Source of the DNA: a virus
IMG/VR virus record: IMGVR_UViG_3300040751_002535
DNA: 64,000 nt
Strand: one strand, 5' to 3'
The notes under the pieces are model-generated. The model was not told the DNA's origin, did not search any database, and saw only the letters and a list, made by a program, of their open reading frames with translations. A program made the position numbers and the translations under genes. Position 1 is the first letter of the stretch. Every line of letters begins with the position of its first letter. This document shows, one piece after another, positions 57,205 through 64,000 of the stretch.

Positions 57205-58004
57205 TTAAAATAATCTACAATGACGGATGTAGTTTAGGTGCCGGCGCAGAACACAAGAGTTGGGAAATGTTGCCCGAAGGTGAGGAAATCTGTGATAGTA
57301 CTTGGACAGATATTATTAAAACCAAATATTACCCAAATGCTAAAAAAATAACCAAAGCCACAACTGGCTCAAGCAATCGAGGCATACGCAGACGAACTAT
57401 ACACAATGTACTAGAACTATTAGAAACATACAAATCTGATGAAATACTAGTGTTTATAATGTGGACTAGTTTTTATAGACGAGAGTTTTTATTATCTAAT
57501 CCTAAACTTGACAGAGGAAATAAGTATTTTACACTATTACCCAGTGACACTGCTAGAGGATTAAAATCTCCTACAGGAAAACTAGTAAACAGTGACGAAC
57601 GTAGAACTATATTAAAAGACAATCATTTAGATATAATTGCTGATGAAATCTATACACATCATAACAAGCCTCTAAATCACTTATATGAATCATTAGCAGA
57701 TGTTGAAGCAACTAATATGTTTTTAAAGTTGCATAGTATAAGAAGTGTACAATGTTTTGGATTTGGATCTGATGTCAACCCTAATCTAGTATTAGATTTA
57801 GATGACGTATACACAAACTCAATAGTTAAACGAGTATTAAAATATAATATATATTATATTCCTACTTCACCTCCTCAAGGATTTTATGAGTACTCTGTTG
57901 GACAGCATTTCGAACTTGGCCCTGGTTTACATCCTTTGGAATCAGCACATAGAGCTTGGGCTAATATTATTCCAAGACATTTTAGGTTGACACCTGAAAA
58001 GTAG
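57201..58004 (+). CDS. SGNH-hydrolase-like protein
   Basis: DGCSLGAG, GSSNRGIRR, MWTS..RRE and HPLESAH..WA. Confidence 0.65.
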   Translation: MIKIIYNDGCSLGAGAEHKSWEMLPEGEEICDSTWTDIIKTKYYPNAKKITKATTGSSNRGIRRRTIHNVLELLETYKSDEILVFIMWTSFYRREFLLSNPKLDRGNKYFTLLPSDTARGLKSPTGKLVNSDERRTILKDNHLDIIADEIYTHHNKPLNHLYESLADVEATNMFLKLHSIRSVQCFGFGSDVNPNLVLDLDDVYTNSIVKRVLKYNIYYIPTSPPQGFYEYSVGQHFELGPGLHPLESAHRAWANIIPRHFRLTPEK

Positions 58005-58015
58005 TATGCTATATT
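57987..58015 (+). promoter_or_regulatory. Sigma70-like promoter
   Basis: TTGACA-N17-TATATT with extended TG. Confidence 0.7.
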
Positions 58016-58041
58016 GGTAATATAAACAAGAGGGCAATGTT

Positions 58042-59361
58042 ATGAGAACACAACCACAAGATGTAATCAAAAAACTTGAAGCAGACAACAGTCGCCTTGC
58101 TAAAGAAGCAGTATTGCTAGAAGCAATGGAAGAAGGACTAGACGAGTTCTTTGAAGGTGTACGCATGGCACTCGATGCTCTTGTTACTTTTGGTGTTAAG
58201 CAAGTACCTGAGCGTTCAGACATACTAACCGGACAAGGTCTTTCGTGGCCAGTGTTCAAAGAGCTTGCTGACAAACTTGCTAATCGTGAACTAACAGGAC
58301 ATGCGGCACGTGATGCTATTGAACTTGCAATGGGCATTGCTACCACAGAACAGTGGAATGGGTTTTATCGTCGTATCTTAATCAAAGATTTACGATGCGG
58401 AATGAGCGAAAAGACTGTTAACAAAGTTGCTAAACAGTTTCCACAATATGCTGTTCCTGTATTTACTTGCGCTCTTGCTCATGATAGTGCCAAGCACGAA
58501 AAGAAGATGACTGGTGTAAAGCAGATTGAAATCAAACTGGATGGCGTGCGTGTTATCACAATCATTCGTGGCAACAAAGTAGAAATGTTTAGTCGTAACG
58601 GAAAACAGTTTCACAACTTTGGACATATTATCAAAGAACTGGAAACAGTACTAAAAACTAATCCTGCACCTTATGACTTGATGTTGGATGGAGAAGTAAT
58701 GAGTGCTAACTTCCAAGACCTTATGAAGCAAGTACATCGCAAGGAAAGTGTAGAAGCAAACGATGCTGTATTGCATTTGTTTGACTTAGCACCTCTAGCA
58801 GATTTTCAAAACGGTGGCTGGACAAAACCACAAGCATTTAGAAGTGCCGCAGTTAAAGCATGGGTAAACCAGCATACAGATATCTTACAGCACGTTACAG
58901 CGTTGGATTGGGAAGAAGTTAACCTAGACACACCAAAAGGTGAAGCTCGCTTTGTAGAGCTTAATAAGGCGGCTGTAGACGGGGGATACGAAGGTGTAAT
59001 GATCAAAGACGTTGATGCACCATATGAATGTAAGCGTACACACGCTTGGCTCAAAGCCAAGCCTTTTATTGAAGTAACATTGGAGGTAGTAGATGTCGAA
59101 GAAGGAACAGGACGAAACAAAGGACGCCTTGGAGCGTTGGTATGCGCTGGAGAAGACGATGGACGAATGGTCCAAGTCAACTGCGGAAGTGGGTTTAGTG
59201 ACGCTAATCGTGATGATTTTTGGAATAGCCGTAGCAGTCTTATTGGCCAGCTTGTAGAAGTAAGAGCAGACGCTCTTACACAAAATCAAGACGGCACATA
59301 CAGTTTGCGCTTCCCACGCTTTAAAACATTCCGTGGATTCGAAGTCGGCGAAAAATTATGA
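58042..59361 (+). CDS. ATP-dependent DNA ligase
   Basis: KLDGVR, LDGE, EGVMIK, WLKAKP and SLRFPRF motifs. Confidence 0.95.
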   Translation: MRTQPQDVIKKLEADNSRLAKEAVLLEAMEEGLDEFFEGVRMALDALVTFGVKQVPERSDILTGQGLSWPVFKELADKLANRELTGHAARDAIELAMGIATTEQWNGFYRRILIKDLRCGMSEKTVNKVAKQFPQYAVPVFTCALAHDSAKHEKKMTGVKQIEIKLDGVRVITIIRGNKVEMFSRNGKQFHNFGHIIKELETVLKTNPAPYDLMLDGEVMSANFQDLMKQVHRKESVEANDAVLHLFDLAPLADFQNGGWTKPQAFRSAAVKAWVNQHTDILQHVTALDWEEVNLDTPKGEARFVELNKAAVDGGYEGVMIKDVDAPYECKRTHAWLKAKPFIEVTLEVVDVEEGTGRNKGRLGALVCAGEDDGRMVQVNCGSGFSDANRDDFWNSRSSLIGQLVEVRADALTQNQDGTYSLRFPRFKTFRGFEVGEKL

Positions 59362-59377
59362 TAAAGGAGAACGAACA

Positions 59378-59602
59378 ATGGCATATGTAACAGTTGATGT
59401 AGAGTTAAACGAGTTCAATGACGAAGAGATTGTATACGAACTTAAAGCCCGCGGATATTACGTGCAGAAAGAATCATTCGAATTTAACAAACTAGACAAG
59501 TATGATCTTGATTTCATGCTAGACTTGGTTGACAAGAACAACACAGACTTGTATACTAATAGAGTAAGAGATAAACTTTATAACCTAAGGCACGGATTAT
59601 GA
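59378..59602 (+). CDS. Hypothetical protein
   Basis: SD AAGGAG before MAYVTVDV. Confidence 0.55.
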   Translation: MAYVTVDVELNEFNDEEIVYELKARGYYVQKESFEFNKLDKYDLDFMLDLVDKNNTDLYTNRVRDKLYNLRHGL

Positions 59603-60045
59603 ACATACAACACGAACCACTGTTTGATACAGCAAAGGTAGAAAAGATTTACTCAGAAAAAGATGGTGTAGATGTAAAGTACGTTTGTACCTCTGCTACT
59701 AACGAACATGCCGCACAGGCCGCTGACATCTTCTATCGTGAGATACCGCATCCAGAATTTGGCAATCGTTACTTTGGTATATTCCGCGCTACTGGGTATG
59801 GTGCTGCGTTAGAGCCTCAAATCATGATCACAAATGCTGATGTTGTAGAGTCATTTGTGTTTGGTATGATTGAAGGTCCTAATGGTTGGGAGTATTCACA
59901 GCATAGACATGACTATCGTATTGTAGGCGATTGTGCCGTTGATGGCGGTCGATCATACTTTAAACGTGCGGGTGATTTGAGTGTGCCTACTAAGTTTATG
60001 AAAATTGTTAATGGTGAGTTTGTAGATGAAAAGCAAGATCTCTAA
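59599..60045 (+). CDS. Hypothetical protein
   Basis: HDY...VDGGRSY motif; ATGA overlap. Confidence 0.6.
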   Translation: MNIQHEPLFDTAKVEKIYSEKDGVDVKYVCTSATNEHAAQAADIFYREIPHPEFGNRYFGIFRATGYGAALEPQIMITNADVVESFVFGMIEGPNGWEYSQHRHDYRIVGDCAVDGGRSYFKRAGDLSVPTKFMKIVNGEFVDEKQDL

Positions 60046-60119
60046 AGATGACAGCAAAAAACTTGTGCGTGGCAGATCAACTACACTCCTATCAATATTG
60101 AGGAACTAAGGATTGTATA

Positions 60120-60272
60120 ATGTCCAAGAATGTACGCAGGCCTCAGGCACCCAAGAGGCGCAACTTTGAAGCAAAGGCGGTAAGGGATCCACAAGGTCCC
60201 TTCCGTCCGCAAGTGATCAAGAATAAGATCAAAAAGAAACCCAAGTACAATAAGATTGAGTGGGACGAATAA
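60120..60272 (+). CDS. Small basic protein, ArfA-like (50 aa, absent from the ORF track)
   Basis: MSKNVRRPQAPKRRNFEAKAVRDPQGPFRPQVIKNKIKKKPKYNKIEWDE*; SD AAGGA. Confidence 0.55.
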   Translation: MSKNVRRPQAPKRRNFEAKAVRDPQGPFRPQVIKNKIKKKPKYNKIEWDE

Positions 60273-60273
60273 A

Positions 60274-60486
60274 ATGAAACGCAAATACGACCTTCCAAAA
60301 AAATATGAATTAGATAACGAAACAGTAGATCAGATGGCTATTCACAGTCTTAAAGAACACTACAACTATACTGTAGAAGACATGGACAACTTTGTGCTGC
60401 ATCAAAAAGGACATCCAGATGACTATGAACGCAACATAGAACTAAAAAGTGCTTTCAAAATAGTTCTTGACTATTACGGAGAATAA
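60274..60486 (+). CDS. Hypothetical protein
   Basis: Starts immediately after the previous stop. Confidence 0.55.
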   Translation: MKRKYDLPKKYELDNETVDQMAIHSLKEHYNYTVEDMDNFVLHQKGHPDDYERNIELKSAFKIVLDYYGE

Positions 60487-60521
60487 CTGTATATTAGTTT
60501 TAAACCAAGTAAGAGGCACAC

Positions 60522-60722
60522 ATGGCAAAGTATGGACCAAAAGTTTTTCCTAGTGACATTATTAATACTAAAAAACATTGGGCAATAGGCACAATTTGGA
60601 ACGCCGAAGGCTCAAAAGGCATATATAATATTGAAATGGTGGACAAAGGCTTTACATGTGATTGCCCAGCATTTAAAAAGTGCAAGCACATTAAACAAGT
60701 AGAGGAAGCATTCAATGGCTAA
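60522..60722 (+). CDS. SWIM zinc-finger protein
   Basis: FTCDCPAF..CKHI. Confidence 0.75.
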   Translation: MAKYGPKVFPSDIINTKKHWAIGTIWNAEGSKGIYNIEMVDKGFTCDCPAFKKCKHIKQVEEAFNG

Positions 60723-61914
60723 AGCAAACAAAGCAGCAGCAAAACCTAAGAAAAAAACAGTACGGGCAGTGCGCCGAGGCGCCAATATGATGCCATTGAT
60801 GCCAACAAAAGGATTAACTTGGAATAAGGCCAAGTACTACACACATTATGAAGTAGAATCAAAGGAGTGGCTAACAACTGTTAAAACATACATTAAAAAT
60901 CATTACGACAAGAAGGTTGTTAGTTCAATCAACCGGCTACCAGATTGGAAAGTTGGTGGGAAAAGTCATTGGACTTGTGCGGCGTATTGTTTAGATAATT
61001 ATCCAGAGATTGTTCCGCCAGCATACAGTGAAGGACTAAACAAGTGGATTCTTGAACTTGCCGAAGAAGGCGCTGCTCTTGTAGAAGAAAAGAAGGCAGA
61101 AGAAAAAACCAAAAAGAATGTATATGTTCCTAGTATACAAGAACGTATTACAGAACAGGCACAAGAGGCTTGTGATGCAATCGAAGAATGGCTTGAAGGA
61201 TTTATCACCAACAAGAAAAATTTTGATCCAAAGGGTTTTGACTTTACTGCACACTTTGCTAAAATGAAAGTGTCGCAAGCCCATGCCCGCAAGATCAAAG
61301 GGTATTACGCAGGCGAACTTGCTGAAGCACAGTTGATTCAAAAGTTGCCTACTCCTGGCGAAATCAATCGTGAGAAGGACGAACACAAAGCTGACATGCT
61401 ACAGCAGCTACGCGAAGGCTACAGCCATCTAACTAAAAAGGATGCAGCAACATACTTGGAAGCACTAGAGACGCTACACGGCGCTTGTGACCTTGTTATA
61501 GACGCTGCTAAAGCCACACGCAAGCCGCGTACAAAAAAGGCGCCAAGCAAAGAAAAATTGGTTGCTAAGTTGAAGTATCTTGAGCGTGATGATAAACTAC
61601 AGCTAGTTAGTGTAAACCCATTGGATGTATTGGATGCCAAAGAAGTTTGGGTGTACAACACAAAGACACGCAAACTTGGCAAATATATTGCAGACGATCA
61701 TGCTACAATACAAGTGAAAGGCACAACGCTGTTGCACTATGATGAAAAGAACAGTGTACAAAAAACATTACGCAAGCCAGACGAAACTCTTAAATCATTT
61801 AAAAAAGCCGGTAAGGTGCAACTACGCAAGTTTATGGATGAGATTAAAACAACTGATATCAAACTCAACGGACGTTTAAATAGTGATACTATTATTCTAA
61901 AATGTACACAATAA
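60715..61914 (+). CDS. Conserved large-myophage hypothetical protein
   Basis: WVYNTKTRKLG, VKGTTL, KTLRKP and NGRLN motifs. Confidence 0.7.
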   Translation: MAKANKAAAKPKKKTVRAVRRGANMMPLMPTKGLTWNKAKYYTHYEVESKEWLTTVKTYIKNHYDKKVVSSINRLPDWKVGGKSHWTCAAYCLDNYPEIVPPAYSEGLNKWILELAEEGAALVEEKKAEEKTKKNVYVPSIQERITEQAQEACDAIEEWLEGFITNKKNFDPKGFDFTAHFAKMKVSQAHARKIKGYYAGELAEAQLIQKLPTPGEINREKDEHKADMLQQLREGYSHLTKKDAATYLEALETLHGACDLVIDAAKATRKPRTKKAPSKEKLVAKLKYLERDDKLQLVSVNPLDVLDAKEVWVYNTKTRKLGKYIADDHATIQVKGTTLLHYDEKNSVQKTLRKPDETLKSFKKAGKVQLRKFMDEIKTTDIKLNGRLNSDTIILKCTQ

Positions 61915-61922
61915 ATAAGTAT

Positions 61923-62222
61923 ATGAATAATAAGAATAGAATTGAAAAACAAGTAGCACGTTGGGACTTATATGCAAAAATAGCCCCAACGTTTTTTTTA
62001 GTTGTAGCAACAATAGCACTTACCTACGGTATAACAAGTTTTGATACACTGTTTAATATAGGAATGGTGCTATTTGCGTTTACTGCGGTAACTTGGTGGT
62101 TCTGGACTATTTTTACAATACGATATATTATTAACATAATGTCAGTGGCAACACAGGACTTGATAGATGTTAAACAAGATCTTAAAGAGATCAGAGAGGA
62201 GTACGTAGATGACTCCAAGTAG
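61923..62222 (+). CDS. Membrane protein (2 TM + coiled coil)
   Basis: TAAATA-N5-ATG start; VTWWFWT. Confidence 0.6.
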   Translation: MNNKNRIEKQVARWDLYAKIAPTFFLVVATIALTYGITSFDTLFNIGMVLFAFTAVTWWFWTIFTIRYIINIMSVATQDLIDVKQDLKEIREEYVDDSK

Positions 62223-62688
62223 AATAGTAATACTTAATATAATAAGCGGGCTGAGTTTGGCAACATGCATTATATTTGGTGTAACATACATGAGTTTCAA
62301 AAACGCCAATGTATTCCAAGATATAAAGATTGAAATAATAAATAACCCTGTTACCGGAAGTAGTGATATTGAATTTTCAATGATAGGATACAAGAGATAT
62401 GAGTGCAACAGTACACGAATATACGGAGTTGCATATGCAGAAGACGGCAGTCATTCACACCAGTTAGATGCTTTTACAAGACAGTATACACGCAACGTGC
62501 GTCCGGGCGAAATAGTGCCAAACACGTGGAGTATGGAACGACCTGCAGATATGGACCACAATGCTCGCTATAGAGTAACTATGTACGGAGACTTTGTTTG
62601 CAATCACTGGGTATTCAAAGTTCCTAAAACAGCAGAGTATAGTAATATATTATTAATTGTAGAACCAGTTGACAATAACACAGAATAG
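62209..62688 (+). CDS. Membrane-anchored exported protein with two further Cys
   Basis: N-terminal TM; SD GAGGAG. Confidence 0.6.
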   Translation: MTPSRIVILNIISGLSLATCIIFGVTYMSFKNANVFQDIKIEIINNPVTGSSDIEFSMIGYKRYECNSTRIYGVAYAEDGSHSHQLDAFTRQYTRNVRPGEIVPNTWSMERPADMDHNARYRVTMYGDFVCNHWVFKVPKTAEYSNILLIVEPVDNNTE

Positions 62689-62770
62689 TAGTATTATAAG
62701 TAATACAGTGGACTAAGTGTTCGACCCACTTTAAATATTCCGCACACTCCATTAACAAAGGAGTATACTA
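62669..62770 (+). promoter_or_regulatory. Promoter plus structured, riboswitch-like leader of queD
   Basis: TTGACA-N17-TATTAT; AGTGG/CCACT stem; ACACTCC can pair with either loop AGTGT or SD GGAGT. Confidence 0.45.
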
Positions 62771-63223
62771 ATGGCTTATTATTCGACTAAAACATACGGA
62801 CACCAAATTGGCTTATCAGCAGTGTTCCGTCAACCACATGCAGATCATTCACACTGCAAATTCTTACATGGCTATAGCTTGGGTTTCAGGTTCACATTTG
62901 GCTGTGAAGAACTAGACAACAAAAACTGGGCAGTAGACTTTGGTGGCCTCAAACCTCTCAAAGCATGGCTTGAAGATACATTTGATCACAAGACAGTCAT
63001 TGACAGAGATGATCCGTTCTTGTACAAGTTTGCAGAGCTTGAAAACATGGGCTTGTGTGAAATCACAGTGCTAGACGGAGTTGGTGCAGAGAAGTTCGCA
63101 TATCATGCTTGGCGTTTTGCCGACAAACTGATACGTGAAGCAACAGACAATCGTTGCTGGTGTGCAGAAGTAGAATGTTCAGAGCATGGAGCAAACAGTG
63201 CAATCTACAAAGCAGTGGACTGA
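62771..63223 (+). CDS. queD: 6-carboxy-5,6,7,8-tetrahydropterin synthase (QueD/PTPS)
   Basis: HSHCKFLHGY, VDFGGLK, FDH and GAEKFA motifs. Confidence 0.88.
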   Translation: MAYYSTKTYGHQIGLSAVFRQPHADHSHCKFLHGYSLGFRFTFGCEELDNKNWAVDFGGLKPLKAWLEDTFDHKTVIDRDDPFLYKFAELENMGLCEITVLDGVGAEKFAYHAWRFADKLIREATDNRCWCAEVECSEHGANSAIYKAVD

Positions 63224-64000
63224 GACTAAAGCAGAACGCAAAGCAAGGAAGGCCCGCGACAAAGCGGGTCTGCCTGTTGTTCCTGTACCAAACCCTAATG
63301 TTGAAACAATATCAACTCCTAAAAGATATGTAGCGTGTCTAAAATGGGGTGACAAATATTCTGCTGAGTACGTAAACAAGTTATACAATATGGTGGATAG
63401 GAATATCACTATTGATTATGAGTTTGTATGCTTTACAGAAAACACAACAGGATTGAACAAAAATATCACAACCTATCCACTGCCAAAAATAAGAGCCGAT
63501 GGTTGGTGGTACAAACCTATGTTTGTTGGTGCAGACTTGCCAATAAAAGGAACACTGTTATTTTTAGATTTAGATGTTGTAGTTTTTAAAAACATTGACA
63601 AGCTGTTTACACATCAACCTAATAGATTTTGTATCATACGTGACTTCAATCGTAGTCAACGCAAAGATTGGAACCGTATGAACAGTAGTGTGTTTAGAAT
63701 AAACATTGGAGCATACGATAATATTTGGCAGCAATTCAAACAAAATCCTCTGGCGCACATGCAACGATTGCGTGGAGATCAAGATTGGATGTTTAAACAC
63801 ATTACTGATCATCAATTCTGGCCTGACGAATGGATAATGAGTTACAAGTGGGAAATGAGAGACAGGAGAGATCTCAAACTTGATCCTGTAAGAAAACGTA
63901 ACTTTGTAATAGACGCACCACCTAAAATAGATCCTAATACATGTATTGCTGTATTTCACGGAGAACCAAATCCAGAAGATGCAAATGACAGTTGGGTAAA
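63186..64000 (+). CDS. GT-A-fold glycosyltransferase, 3'-truncated by the window edge (absent from the ORF track)
   Basis: CLKWGDKYSAEYVNKLYNMV, FVCFT, FLDLDVV (DxD), NSSVF, GDQDW, VFHGEPNP. Confidence 0.8.
   Translation, partial: MEQTVQSTKQWTETKAERKARKARDKAGLPVVPVPNPNVETISTPKRYVACLKWGDKYSAEYVNKLYNMVDRNITIDYEFVCFTENTTGLNKNITTYPLPKIRADGWWYKPMFVGADLPIKGTLLFLDLDVVVFKNIDKLFTHQPNRFCIIRDFNRSQRKDWNRMNSSVFRINIGAYDNIWQQFKQNPLAHMQRLRGDQDWMFKHITDHQFWPDEWIMSYKWEMRDRRDLKLDPVRKRNFVIDAPPKIDPNTCIAVFHGEPNPEDANDSWV

Noticed and set aside
45622-58040. RiPP cluster with a precursor peptide
   Set aside because: Genes overlap with no room for a short precursor ORF, and no RRE/PqqD, peptidase or exporter was recognised; a distant precursor cannot be excluded
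680-63959. Numerous short ORF-track entries antisense or out-of-frame within long genes (e.g. 680-1027, 7201-7647, 19139-19546, 58806-59180, 63570-63959)
   Set aside because: They lie within well-supported genes, lack SD or motifs, and have shadow-ORF composition
1-64000. Stop-codon reassignment as seen in some jumbo phages
   Set aside because: Conserved genes read full-length in the standard code, TAA, TAG and TGA all end genes, and no suppressor tRNA was found
1-64000. Bacterial chromosome origin, suggested by rpsU, infA, clpP, guaC and csgG
   Set aside because: These genes are scattered among phage-type hypothetical genes without their usual operons, alongside PAAR, ATP-dependent ligase and late-promoter motifs

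Overview
This AT-rich window comes from a large lytic T4-like (jumbo-type) marine myophage, not a cellular chromosome. Genes are densely packed, mostly on the + strand. The phage signature includes class Ia RNR (nrdA, nrdB, glutaredoxin), a PAAR spike-tip protein, an ATP-dependent DNA ligase, sigma70-like TTGACA-N17-TATATT promoters and T4-late-like TAAATA promoters. The host is probably an alphaproteobacterium of Rhodobacteraceae type, inferred from a permuted two-piece tmRNA (tag ANANRAPEMAMAA), a ROSE-like thermometer, pseudoazurin and a porin. Host take-over genes include tmRNA, six tRNAs (one a rare Ser-ACU), S21, IF-1, TilS, an ArfA-like peptide, Hsp20, ClpS, ClpP, GuaC, heme oxygenase with a bilin reductase, QueD with a riboswitch-like leader, and an EcoRI-like nuclease paired with an adenine MTase. 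Four poorly explained multi-gene modules are the best candidates for undescribed systems: (1) six tandem radical-SAM genes, one B12-dependent, flanked by GT-like and SGNH-like genes (45.6-58.0 kb); (2) a curli (CsgF/CsgG/curlins) + FecR + beta-barrel + CHASE2 cyclase envelope module (17.2-28.0 kb); (3) a late, probably virion-packaged nucleotidyltransferase + KWDG ligase-like + HIGH transferase trio beside the tRNAs (43.1-45.6 kb); (4) an amidinotransferase + 2OG oxygenase + PLP-enzyme operon (39.1-41.6 kb). All calls are from motif recognition by eye; no database searches were run.
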